From NCBI RefSeq assembly GCF_006345805.1, contig NC_043001.1, forward strand, positions 9,920,001-9,984,000: 64,000 nt of DNA, given 5' to 3'. The number at the start of each line of letters is the position of its first letter. The stretch's first letter is position 1. Positions 38,649 to 52,330 of this stretch are shown in pieces. This DNA comes from Octopus sinensis (lineage: Eukaryota). A program made the position numbers and the translations under genes. A model generated the notes under the pieces. It was not told where the DNA came from. It saw only the letters and a list, made by a program, of their open reading frames with translations, and did no database searches.

Positions 38649-38754
38649 AAACATCTATACTTTTATAATTTTTATGTTATATACACACAGTGAACATCTT
38701 GGTATTATTGTTTGAAAGGAGAAAAAAAAAATGGGTATTTACTTAAAATTAATA

Positions 38755-39112
38755 GGAGTGGTTGTGTGGTAAGTAGCTTGCTTACCAACCACATGGTTCC
38801 AGGTTCAGTCCCACTACGTGGCACCTTAGGTAAGTGTCCTCTACTATAGCCTCGGGCCGACCAAAGCCTTGTGAGTGGATTTGGTAGATGGAAACTGAAA
38901 GTAGCTCATCATGTGTGTGTCTGTGTTTGTCCCCCCCCCCCCAACATCGGTTGTCAAGCGATGTTGGTGTATTTGCGTCCCTGTAACTTAGCAGTTCGGC
39001 AAAAGAGACCAATAGAATAGGCTTACAAAATATATGTCCTGGGGTAAATGTGCTTGACTAAAGGTGGTGCTCCAGCATGGCCACAGTCAAATGACTGAAA
39101 CAAGTAAAATAG
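38755..39112 (+). mobile_element. SINE family A copy
   Basis: ggagtggttgtgtggtaagtagcttgc..gactgaaacaagtaaaa. Confidence 0.88.
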
Positions 39113-40086
39113 TAAAGTGCTTAGACTTTATTTTGTGAGGGTGGAGTGGGGGGTGGTTGGGTGGCAGACCAAATGCTTTGTGGGTTTGGTGCCAAGCTGG
39201 ACTTTGCCTAAGTGTTGTGGTTGATCGAAATCTAACCAAAAGGTTGTGTTCTTGGGAAACTAGTGTCTTGTTGCAGAGAGAGACAAAAAAAATGTCGCAC
39301 TTCATTTTAAATACCCCAAATGCAATTAAGCAGATATTTTAAAGTTGTTTAGGAATTGACAGTGCATGGCTTATACAATATCACAAACCAGTGTATAACA
39401 ACATCATTACATGCATCTGAAAACAAAAGCGATGTTTTGTTTTTTAAAATCAGAAACGAAACAATGAGTGAGTTGTAATATTTACATTTATATTTCGCTT
39501 TTAATTAATGCTGTGTTGTGCATAAAATATGTGCCGTCAACACTGATATGCTAATTAAGTTATCCCCCACCATATTTGCTGAATTCCTGCTTGCATCGAC
39601 ACATTTGGTGGCTGGGGGTTGGGGCATGGCTAAGGCTTTACATTTGTTTATTTCAGTTCTCATTGACACTGATTGTTGTTTAATTAAATAACTAATTTAA
39701 TGAAATTGCACTGAGGTTTATTTATTTTTTTTTTCTTGTTCAGTTTCCAGTTGAGAAGTCCTATAATCAATGCATTCCAACCATGACTACTCCATCTCTC
39801 TAGGGCTGTCTCTGATTAGATTTCATGTGTTTATTTCTTATTGTGCTGGTACTTGAGGTCAAGGAGATTTCATTGCCGTTTCTAGCAATTTGTGCTTACT
39901 AAAAATCATTTATTTGAACAATTTCAGATTTTGTGAATTAACTGGTTAGTTGTTTTAGTAAATACATGGATCCTTAAAATGCAAGGAAAATTCTATATAT
40001 GTTTATTTTTAAGGCATATTTCATACCTCCTTAGAACTACTGCTTGTCTCCTCTGTGTGTATATGCATTCTCTCTGTCTGTCTCTG

Positions 40087-40136
<50 letters not shown>

Positions 40137-40265
40137 GTATTGACTGTGAAAGTGAAACTTTCCTATCAAGTTTCAGCAGAACAAAGCTTTCTCTTTAATT
40201 GAAAAGTTCAAGTTAAACTGGGTAAAATGAAAATTTAATATTCAATTCTTTTCATATAAATATTA

Positions 40266-40648
40266 TAGGAGCTGCTCTGTGGTAGGTAGCTTGCTAACCA
40301 ACCACATGATTCCAGGTTCAGTCCCACTGCATGACACCTTAGGCAAGTGTCTTCTATTATAGCCTCAGGCCGACCAAATCCTTGTGAGTGAATTTGGTAG
40401 ACGGAAACTGAAAAAAGCCCGTCATGTGTGTGTATGTATACATATATGTGTGTGTGTGTGTGTTCTCCCCACAACATCACTTGACAACCGATGGTGGTGT
40501 GTTTACATCCCCATAACTTAACAGTTCGGCAAAAGAGACTGATAGAATAAGTACTGGGCTTACAAAGAATAAGTCCTGAAGTCGATTCATTTGACTAAAG
40601 GCGGTGCTCCAGCATGGCCACAGTCAAATGACTGAAACAAGTAAGAGT
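40266..40648 (+). mobile_element. SINE family A copy
   Basis: Same layout as the other copies. Confidence 0.88.
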
Positions 40649-41152
40649 GTATATATATATATTTTTTTCTTCTGGTAGCCAGCACAAGCTCCTATGCTTT
40701 GAATACCATTCAAGCAGTCGAGAGAGGTGGTAAAAGACAAGTGATGATCACACCATATTCTAAAGTTGCATGCAGATCTCCTTCTGTCATGATGAAACAT
40801 GGTTATATTGGAGAGTTTGAAATAGTAGATGAGATATATATATATATATATATATATATCTTAGGTCAATTAGTTCAAGCAGCAGAATAAATTTTATGCT
40901 CTAATGAATTGAATCCTAATGTTTTTTGGGAAGGACCCCTCTGAGGATAAAGATAAAATGTTTTCTTGGTATAAAATTTTATCTCTCTGTGAATTTTTGC
41001 CCGGTTACTATTTGCCGACAGAGACCATCATTTAGTTTTGTGGATTCTACTACTTGACTGTTATGAGATGTTCAGTCACTGATCCAACTGGATTATGATT
41101 AAAGACATACTAGTTGTGGTGTATTACCATCTTTTACTGAGATTATACTGAG

Positions 41153-42198
41153 TACTACATATACCATTCACGTCTTTAAGAAAATTAATGCTTTATTAAA
41201 TGTCGCAAATTTGTAGGAAGAAAACAGCTTTATTAAACTGAATACATGACTGGACATTCATTTTGCTGACCACAGAAAGACAAAACACAAACACAGAGCT
41301 TGCCAAGATTTGAACTCTCAATGTAAAAAGCAGGAACAAATACCCATGCATCGATGACAGTCTCTGAAAGATGTCTGAACTGTTAAACAACACAGCAAAA
41401 GTCCCTTAACCCTTTAGTGTTCACATTATTCTGCCAAAATTAATCCTTTTTCATCCACATTGTTTTGAACTAATCATGCATTATCTTGTAGCTATGAGAT
41501 TCTGATGAGGTAGCTGTTAATTTTTAAAATGATATTGTAGGGTTGGTGTGAGAGACCAGATCTGGCCAGTTTGAACATAAAACAGGCAGAATACTTTTGG
41601 CCGGATATGGCCGGTTTAAATGCTAAAGGGTTAAATTACAATTATCTCTAGTCTTAGGATGATGTAGTTCTAGATAGATATAATTGTAGTTCTAGACTAG
41701 AGATAATTGTAATTTAACCCTTTAGCATTTAAACTGGCCATATCCGGCCAAAAGTATTCTGCCTGTTTTATGTTCAAACTGGCCAGATCTGGTCTCTCAC
41801 ACCAACCCTACAATATCGTTTTAAAAATTAACAGCTACCTCATCAGAATCTCATAGCTACAAGATAATGCATGATTAGTTCAAAACAATGTGGATGAAAA
41901 AGGATTAATTTTGGCAGAATAATGTGAACACTAAAGGGTTAAGGGACTTTTGCTGTTGTTATTAACAGTTCAGACATCCTTCAGAGACTGTCATCGATGC
42001 ATGGGTATTTGTTCCTGCTTTTTACATTGAGAGTTCAAATCTTGGCAAGCTCTGTGTTTGTGTTTTGTCTTTCTGTGGTCAGCAAAATGAATGTCCAGTC
42101 AAGTATTCAGTTTAATAAAGCTGCTCCCTTCCTACAAAAGACACTATGTCTTTAATAAAGCATTAATTTTCTTAAAGACATGAATGGTAAATGTAGTA
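41153..42198. repeat. ~1-kb palindrome: ~500-bp arms, 39-bp spacer
   Basis: 41153-41654 vs 41694-42198, few mismatches; each arm contains a TTAA MITE (41406-41634, 41714-41942) plus ~250 bp of flanking sequence. Confidence 0.97.
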
Positions 42199-42519
42199 TC
42201 TTGTTCTTCCTAAGATTTCTGCCTATTGACAGTTGCTCCACCTACAAGAAATAGTAGTTGAATTTCCCTCAAATCACACTGTCACCTAATAAAAAGAAAG
42301 TGTATACAGGATGGATAAACATGGTTGATTCTGGGGTCTGCTTAGTGAGAAGTGACTCAGTGTTAACATTTACAATTAATTCGAATTATTGATTCTTTGA
42401 GTTTGTCCGAGTTATGTAAAGTCAAAGTAAACAGTCATGGCTAATCTTGAAGTAGATTTTGTTTTTTGTCAGCCAGGAAGCCTATAAAATAAGTATGATT
42501 TAAATGCTAGGGTTGCTTC

Positions 42520-42948
42520 ATCATCATCATCATTGTTTAACGTCTGCTTTCCATGCTGGCATGGGTTGGACGGTTTGACTGAGTGCTAGCAAGCCAGAAG
42601 GCTGCACCAGGCTCCATTCCAATCTGGCCCTTCCTAACGCCAACCACTTCAAGAGTGTAGTGGGTGCTTTTTACTTGCCACTGGCACAAGGGCCAGGCAG
42701 GCGTTACTAGCATAGGCCATGCTTGAATGGTGCTTTTTACGCACTACCTGCACGGGGCAGTCACGTAGCACTGGCAATGACCATGCTCGAATGGTGCTTT
42801 TTACGCACTACCTGCACAGAGGCCAGTCAGGTAGCACTGGCAATGACCATGCTCAAATGGTGCTTTTTACCTGCCACTGGCATGGGACCAGTCAGCCAGC
42901 ACTGGCATCGACCCCACTCGAATGGTGCTTTTTTATGTGCCACCAGCA
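42520..42948 (-). mobile_element. SINE family C with ~4 internal ~60-bp tandem modules
   Basis: Repeated gaccatgctcgaatggtgctttttacgcactacctgcac. Confidence 0.85.
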
Positions 42949-43715
42949 CTGGTTATTGTTATTGTTATAAAATCAGTTTTAAGCTCTAAGAAAATATTTC
43001 CATCAAACTTATGACAGGAATGAATCCGAGAGAATAAAAAGCAAGTCATACTTAATATTCCCTCTGCAAGAGACTTTAAAAATAGTCTGTAAGAACACAC
43101 TGGAGTGTTATGCTAAGTTATGTTTTAATTCATAGATGAATTGACAAGACCAACTTGTCTCCCAAGTAGTAAACTCATAACCGTTACTCTTGGGAGGAAG
43201 CATTAATGTCATAATATTGTGTAGTTTTTTTGGTTTTTTTCCTTTTCTTTTTTTTTTTACCTTGCCTTTTAGTAGAAGCAAAACTGGAAAATGAAATAAA
43301 AAGCCAAAAAAACAAGAAACAAAATATTCTCTGTCAGAAATAAGACCAGATAGTTTTTATCGTTGGTAGAGTGTCACTTTTAAATAGGAAAAAAAATAAA
43401 CAACTAAAATTAAAACAAATGCCAGTCTACTCAATATATCTAAGATATTCGGTTGATCATTGTAATCTTTAGTTTTACCCATAAGATTATCATCATCACC
43501 ATGCAAAAGTTTTTTTTCTTTATTGGAATCTCTTTGGAAAAGTTTGAAAAAATGCCATTGTTAAATCTTTTCTAGTTTTTACATCATTTGTTCTTCAGCG
43601 AACTCCGAGTTCCACTTTGCACCACCTAGAGCTGATCTGTTTCACGATGCGCTTTCGCATTATGAATTTATCCTCATTTATACCATCAGCATTCATGGGA
43701 CAAGTTTTTAATACT

Positions 43716-43948
43716 TATTTCTTTACTACCCACACGGGGCTAAACACAGGGGGGACAAACAAGGACAGACAAAAGGCTTAAGTCGATTACATCGACCCCA
43801 GTGCGTAACTGGTACTTAATTTATCGACCCTGAAAGGATGAAAGGCAAAGTCGAACACGGCGGAATTTGAACTCAGAATGTAACGGCAGACGAAATACAA
43901 CTACGCATTTTGCCCGGCGTGCTAACGTTTCTGCCAGCTCGCCGCCTT
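43716..43948 (-). mobile_element. young monomeric SINE family B with 14-bp TSD
   Basis: AAGTTTTTAATACT at 43702-43715 and 43949-43962; CpGs intact. Confidence 0.92.
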
Positions 43949-44387
43949 AAGTTTTTAATACTGCCTTCCCACATACGTGCAGGTATAGCTGTGTGTTTGA
44001 GCTAACTTTACAACCATGTGGTTTCAGGTTCAATCCTGCTGCATGTCACCTTGGGCAAGTGTCTTATAGTATAGCCCTGGGGCAACCAATACCTTATAAG
44101 TAAATTTGTAAGATATAAACTGTATGGAAGCCCATTGTGTGTATGTTTAATGTGTTTTTCCCCCACCAGTGCTTGACAGTTGGTGTTGATCTGTGTCCCT
44201 CTAGCCTAGCAACTCAGCACAGAGACCAATATTGTGCCATACTTCAAGAAAATTAAAAAAACAAAAAGACTGCTACAGTTGATTTGTTTGACTTACTCCA
44301 AAGTGGTGCCCCAGCATGGCCACAATCCAATGTATAAGATATGATCCATTGGTGATTTTCTTTGAAAGTTGAAATCTAAATTCTTTC

Positions 44388-44787
44388 TATTCTTTTACTT
44401 GTTTCAGTCATTTGACTGCGGCCATGCTGGAGCACCACCCTTAGTCGAGCAAATAGACCCCGGGACTTATTCTTTGTAAGCCTAGTACTTATTCTATTGG
44501 TCTCTTTTGTTGAACAGCTAAATTACGGGGATGTAAACACACCAGCATCGGATGTCAAGTGATGTTGGTGGGGACAAACATACACACATAAACACATACA
44601 CACGTGTGTGTGTGTGTGTATATGATGGGCTTCTTTCAGTTTCCGTCTACCAAATCCACTCACAAGGCTTTGGTAGTCCCAAGGCTATAGTAGAAGACAC
44701 TTGCCCAAGGTGCCATGCAGTGAGACTGAACCCAGAACCATGTGGTTGGTAAGCAAGCTACTTACCACACAGCCACTCCTGTGCCTA
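44388..44787 (-). mobile_element. SINE family A copy
   Basis: Full layout. Confidence 0.88.
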
Positions 44788-46789
44788 TCTGAAGGTATTT
44801 TATTACATGAATAAAAAAAATAATGACAGTACCTCTTATAAATTGGCTGTATACTCTCTCATCACATTGTATTATTTTTGGTTATTGATATTACTGTGTT
44901 GGAGCAAAAGGCTTATGGTTATCCAGAGTAATTCTGCATGTTGTACGAAACATTGTAGCAGTTATTCCTCTAAGTTGACCTTCAGAAGCAACAGCCTACA
45001 GTAGCTGTGTGAACATGATTTAGAAAGTGAGAAACAATTATTCTCCATTACTACATCGAAATTTTTCTTAGCTTCTGGATCTAGCTTGTGTCTGACTTAG
45101 TTGTACTGAAAAGGCCATAAATATGCTTGATGTACGATTTTTCCTTTGCTATTTATTCACATGAATTGATTTCCATACCATCCTTTTCTAAGAATAGTGT
45201 ATATTTTAATAATTTTACTTTGTGATTTTGTGTAAAATATTAGTATTTTTATTCAGGATTAGTTGCTATGGCTATTTCATTTTTTTTCCCATTTCCCTAA
45301 ATCTAATCAAAATTCTGCAGAGTGAAGAATGTTGTGAAAACTGCGTCAAACAGGAGCCTTTACGAATTCTTTGAGAGCTTGTGATTTATATGGATTTCTA
45401 ATTAATGAGAGAATGATTGTTTCTATATATATTTGGAAAATGAATTTTTAATTGAGTATGATAGTTGTTATATTATTTGTAGTAATTGATTAAATATCAT
45501 TGATGCTGATATTTAGGAATTCTGAAGAAAGAAAAATGTGCTGAACAATTTTATAATTACCCCCTTGGAAATGTAATTCTGGCTACATTATTATTTTGCC
45601 AATTACATTGTCTTATGTTTATTGATTTTACAATAGTGAATTTACAAGAACTTGCCTATGTTCTTTGTTGACTCTCACATTTTGGGTTATTGTCTACGAT
45701 TTAGCTGTTATTTATAACAATACCCAGAAGCTCAAGAAGCTTTCTGAAGCTCTTTTCCATCTTCCGTATCTACACCATAATCGCATATTAATGAGGGATC
45801 CTCTACAGTCTCTTGACTGGCTAGCAATGGTAGCAACATCTCTTGCGAATCATATCTTATTATCTTAAAAAAATACAAAAGCTCATATTGGGTGACAAAA
45901 AAAAAAAAACCCCACCAAGAGCAGACTAAAAAGTCATGCCTGGAATGTCTTTGATCATAAGTCCATTTGATAACCATGACTCATTGGAGCTATACAACAG
46001 CAACAACAACAACTTCATCAATATTTCATTTCAGTTTGTAGCTATTTTTATCACGTATTGATGGAGTCTCAACCTTCTCGCTTTTTCACTGCATTACGAT
46101 CTCCTCCATCTTTGCATATAACCTTTCCCTTCGCAATATTTGAATCCTGACATAAACACCACCAAATGCACATGCATCGCAGTCGTTACCAACTATCAGC
46201 AACTGAACTGAGTCTTCTTTTAATTAAACATTGAAATCTATCTTTACATGCAACTACATATAATTATCAAAGCATGTAACTGTTTCTTTCATCCTTCAGA
46301 AAGAAGCCACCTCTGTTTCTACCAGCTCTGCTCTTTCATCTCCTACGTTACCGAAGTAATAGAAACCATTATTAATGAGCTCGTCTTATAACATATAGAA
46401 TCTCTCCTTTTTGTCTATCAGTTTAGGTTCTGAGAATCTGTATCCACTAGTAATCTACATTTATGTGACATGCAAATGATCTGCGGGCAGAGATCTAAAA
46501 TGAAATAAGAAGGTGATTTCACACGATATCGAAAAAAAAAAAAGAAGAAGACTTTCATAAAACGATATGCAAATATATAAAAAGGACCTTTTCCTAATAT
46601 GGGTTATACCTAAAATTAACTTTCTTCACATTTCCTCACCAGACTATTCTGTACTATGTTGCTTGTGTTGGCAACATTATAATCTACTTGGCTTTCAACT
46701 CTGATGGCTTCCAGTAAATGAACAACACCTTCCGTCAATCATCTTCAACAGCCCCACCCTACACGTATATAAATCTCCCTGTCTTTCTT

Positions 46790-46892
46790 TCTCACATACA
46801 TACATACATACATTCATATATATATACATATATATATATACATACATATATATATATACATATATATATATATACATTATATATATACATAC

Positions 46893-46928
<36 letters not shown>

Positions 46929-47483
46929 CAATATATATATATATACATATATATATACATGTATATATATACATGTATATATATATATACATATATATAT
47001 ATATACATGTATATATAATATACATATATATATATATAATAATATTATATATATATATATATATTATTATATATATATATATATATTATATATATATATA
47101 TATTATATTATATTATATATGAATATATATATACATATATATATATATCAGTATTATATATATACATATATATATATATATAATATATTATATATATACA
47201 TGTATATATATATACATATATATATAATATCTATTATATATATACATATATATATATATACTAGATATATATATTATTAGATATACATTATATATATACA
47301 TATATATTATATATATATACATATATATAATATATATATTATTATATATAAGATTATACATATATTATACATATATCTATATATTATATATATATATATA
47401 CATATTATCTATACATATATGATATATATATATTATATATATATACATATATATAAGATATATATATATATACCTATATATAC

Positions 47484-47516
<33 letters not shown>

Positions 47517-47644
47517 CATATATATATATTATATATTATACATATATATATATATATTATATATATATACATATATATACATATATATATATATTATATA
47601 TATATGCACATATATAGATATTATATATATATACATATATATAC

Positions 47645-47675
<31 letters not shown>

Positions 47676-48161
47676 ACATATATATAATATACATAGTATA
47701 TATATCATATATATATATATCAGATTATATATATATACATATATATATATATATTAATATATTATCTATATATACATATTATATATATATATTATATATA
47801 TAAACATATAATATATATACATATATATTATATATATATTATATATATAAACATATAATATTATATACATATATATATATATTATTATATATATATTATA
47901 TATATATATATTATATATATATCATATATATATATATATATTATATATATACATATATATATATATATTATATATATATACATATATATATCTATATATT
48001 ATATATATAACATATATATATACATGTATATTACTATATTATTAATATATATTATATTATATATATCATATATATATATATATTATATATATACATATAT
48101 ATATATATATTATATATATATACATATATATATATATCTATTATATATATCTACATATATA

Positions 48162-48216
<55 letters not shown>

Positions 48217-48221
48217 TATAT

Positions 48222-48252
<31 letters not shown>

Positions 48253-48730
48253 CTATCATATATACATTATCTATATTATACATCTATCTATATATCATAT
48301 ATATATACATATATATATGATCATGTATATATATATATATATCTATTAGATATATATACATGTATATAATATATATAGATATATATATATTATCTATATC
48401 TACCTGTATATATATATATATATATTACATGTATCTATATATATCTTATATCTATATCCATGTATATATCCATATATCTATATATATCATATCTATACAT
48501 ATATATATACCTGTAATATATATATATAATATTATCTATATAATAATGTCTATATCATACTACTATATATTTATATATATAACATGTCATATATATATTT
48601 TATATATATACATGCATATATATATATATTATATATATATACATGTATATATATATATACATATATATATATACATGTATATATATAGATACATTATGTA
48701 TATATATATATATATTATATCTATATACAG

Positions 48731-48762
<32 letters not shown>

Positions 48763-48885
48763 CATGTATATATATATATACATGTATATATATATATACA
48801 CATAACTATATATATATTATATATATATATATATATATACATGTATATATATATATACATGTATATATATTACATATATATATAA

Positions 48886-48928
<43 letters not shown>

Positions 48929-48942
48929 ATATACATATATAT
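46790..48942. repeat. ~2.1-kb imperfect (TA)n tract
   Basis: Direct reading; source of the I/Y-rich ORFs. Confidence 0.98.
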
Positions 48943-49327
48943 ACTTGCACTTACTTCCTGTATTATAGCTTCTGCTTTATTCTCAGGAGCCATCTCACTC
49001 TTTTACTGTTCTGGTAATTGGACTGTGACAGTTCTAAAGCCCCAGTTCCTGTGGCTTTTAGTCTGCCAGTAATTTCATTTGGTATGTATTTCCTTGATCT
49101 CTATCAAGTAGCTAAGTTACTATTTTTGACATGAAAGGTTGCAGCTCAAAATCTGTTTGTACTGCTAAGACACAAACACGCAATGGGCTTCAACCTAGTT
49201 TCTGTCAATTAAATTTCACTTGCTTTAGATGCTTCCAAAGAACTGGTCTGCATACAATTGTCTTTAAGGCAACTTAGCAGTCTCAACTAAAGTAAAATAT
49301 AGCATCTATTGGTGTATACTTTTTATA

Positions 49328-49489
49328 CAGGCACAGGAGTGGCTGTGTGGTAAGTGACTTGCTTACCAACCACATTGTTCTGGATTCAGTCCCACTGCAT
49401 GGCAACTTGGGCAAGTGCCTTCTATTATAGCCTTGGGCTGATCAAAGCCTTGTGAGTGGATTTGGTAGACAGAAAATGAAAGAAGCCCA

Positions 49490-49539
<50 letters not shown>

Positions 49540-49816
49540 AATATAAATTAGAGATAAAACCACTATTATGCAACTCAAACAGTGATAGACATAAACCAAT
49601 ACATAAATAAATATATATATATATTAATGTTTGAGTGTCTGTGTTTGTCCCCCAACATTGCTTGACAACCAATGCTGGTGTGTTTACATCCCTGTAACTT
49701 AGCAGTTTGACAAAAGAGACTGGAATAATAAGTCCTGGGGTCGATTTCCTCGACTAAAGGCACTGCTCCAGCATGGCTACAGTCAAATGACTGAAACAAA
49801 CAAAATAGTAAAAGAA
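49328..49816 (+). mobile_element. SINE family A copy with an HHR-family tail fragment (49547-49606) in its microsatellite
   Basis: attagagataaaaccactattatgcaactcaaacag is homologous to 10926-10963. Confidence 0.82.
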
Positions 49817-51822
49817 TAGGATAGCATATTTGTTTTGGTTATCAGCAAGTAGGTCATTGTTTGAGTGTCTTGCTGTCTTCTGAGTACTTCTTCTACGCTA
49901 ATGTAGTTATGGTGACACATTACTGTACTTTAACTTACTCATGAAACTATTTCTGAATGGCCATCGAAGGAGCTTTATGTATTAATTTTTTTTTTGTGAT
50001 TGTTTGACCTACTAGAAAAAGAAGACGAATCACTCCCAAGCTAAACCTTACCATCTGAAAAAGAAAAAAAAATATTCCTAGATACACTGTTTGAAAAAGT
50101 AAAAGATGGGTTGACCAGGCCATTAACACATTTGATGATATTTAACCTCAGTTTTAGTGTTGAGTTGAGGCTAAACTACCATTCCTCAACATCTATGTTA
50201 TGTCTTATCTATGAACATTTCATAGTCTTTCATGCCTAGCAAATTGGTAACTTCCAATTCTTCAGTTTTTGTAATAAATTTTTTATACTCTGCTCAACAA
50301 ATGAAACTAAATGGGTCACGGACAATGTTCTTGTTTTGGCGACAAAAAGCAAGCCAACTGAACTGAAATATCTGAGTGACAGATTGACCTGATGTCTATG
50401 GCATTCTATACGCTTTAAAAATAAAATATTTCAAACTAATTTTGTTTTGAAATAACTTGTTCCATGAATGCTTAACTTGTTCTTGGATATAAATCATCCA
50501 TTTTTGTTGGATATTTAGTTTTAGTTGAAGCATTTTTTTTTATTAACTTCAAAAAAGAAAACAAAAAAAAATTCCAGAAAAACAAGCAAAAAAGATTTCA
50601 GCAATCATGGATAATAACTTCAAATTCTAGTATATTTCTATAAAGTTAGCATGAATGGTTGTAGATTTAAGGTATAGTCAGTGTGGTAGTGTTTCTGTGT
50701 GATAGTCATATGTAATTTGTTTATGCTTTGCTGACCTGTCTTTTCGGATGTAAACAAGAGAGGATGGTGATTTATATCTGCTTCGTTGAACATTAACTTG
50801 CAATGTAGATGAGTAGCAGTAATAAAAGTCTTTATATTAGCTTGTTCTCTTTCTGGAAACCGAGGCTGATTCGTATTTATACCAAATGATTGCATCAGTG
50901 ACCTTAACCATGCAGAAAACCAGATCTATCTGGAAATGTACTTCCTGTGAGTATTCACAGTGACACATTACTGCTTGGTCATTTCTGTTCCCACTCAACA
51001 CTTAGCTATGTTTAGCTAATCAATATCTATATAGATTTGCATGTTGTAGCACACAATATCTTAATCAGTCTTTTACAACTTGAATAATATATGAATACTG
51101 AATCTTAGGCAATTCTTTAATGTTTAAAATATCATTTATTGTATTTATACTCTCATTTTAGAGCCTGTTTACTTATTTGCCGTGCTATTGTAAATTTAGA
51201 TAACTTAATAATTAATTTCACTCTCTTGATGTGTAGTATTCCTAATTAAATAGCACTTTTAGCTAGATTTTCTGTATTTTTCTGTTGATTCTGTAAAATG
51301 TGTTCAAGTGGATGTAGTTACATCAAACTTATTGATCTGTATTGGTATTATATAAAATGAAGAGAAGCAGTGAATAATATTGAAAATTTATAAATCAAAT
51401 ATGTCTTGGAAGATCTGCTGTGTGGTATTTTGGATCGACAGCAAGTATTGTGTTAATGTTTAAAGGAAGTCAATTCTAACTGAACAGCCATGATGTAAGG
51501 CATTCCAACGATGATCGTTTCATGTTAGAGCCATGTAGGATTTCACTAGTTAATGTGACATGTCCTTATACATAACAATTGGATGTAATTTAAGGGATAT
51601 TTGCCTGCTGCTTCTTGCAATTCGTGTGACTATGTTGAAGAGGGAAAAAATAACCTTTTTTGCAAAGCAGTCTGCATGAGACATGACTGCTCATCAAGTG
51701 GCCAGCAGTACTAAAAAGTTTCTTGGTAATTTTTTGTTAGGCATGTCATTCAGAAATTCCTGCAAGCTGCTGTTTTCCAAATATTTCTGTAGAGGCTCTC
51801 AGAAGCAATTGTTTTCATAAGG

Positions 51823-52000
51823 ACAATGTTATTGTCAACTTCATCATAGAAAAGGCAGAGCAAAAGAACAATGTTATTGTCAACTTCATCATAGAAAAGG
51901 CAGAGCAAAAGAACAATGTTATTGTCAACTTCATCATAGAAAAGGCAGAGCAAAAGGACAATGTTATTGTCAACTTCATCATAGAAAAGGCAGAGCAAAA
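51823..52000. repeat. 45-bp tandem repeat x4
   Basis: ACAATGTTATTGTCAACTTCATCATAGAAAAGGCAGAGCAAAAG(A/G) at 51823, 51868, 51913, 51958. Confidence 0.97.
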
Positions 52001-52018
52001 ATACAGTGGATATTTATA

Positions 52019-52330
52019 TCATCGTTTAACGTCCATTTTCCATGCTAGCATGGGTTGGATGGTTCAACCGGGGTCTGGGAAGCCAGGAGGCTGCACCAGG
52101 CTCCGGTCTGATCTGGCAGTGTTTCTACCGCTGAATCCCCTTCCTGATGTCAACCACTCCGTGAGTGTAGTGGGTGCTTTTTATGTGCGACCGGTACAGG
52201 TGCCAAGCAAGGCTGACAACGGCCGCAGTCGGTTGGTGCTTTTTACGTGCCACCAACACGGAAGCCACTCAAGGCGGCACTGGCAACAGCCACATTCACA
52301 TGGTGCTTTTTACATGCCACCAGCACAGGT
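52019..52330 (-). mobile_element. SINE family C with internal modules
   Basis: atcatcgtttaacgtccattttccatgctagcatgggttgg. Confidence 0.85.

Noticed and set aside
45660-46300. Possible degenerate LINE RT/endonuclease (FARDVATIAS; LIVGNDCDA)
   Set aside because: Only faint resemblance to FADD and GDFNA motifs, many stops; not supportable
48955-49013. Overlapping micro-exon signals: plus 48987-49013 and minus MAPENKAEAIIQE|gtaagt; similar case at plus 37199-37240
   Set aside because: Too short to distinguish from chance splice-like motifs; no recognisable peptide
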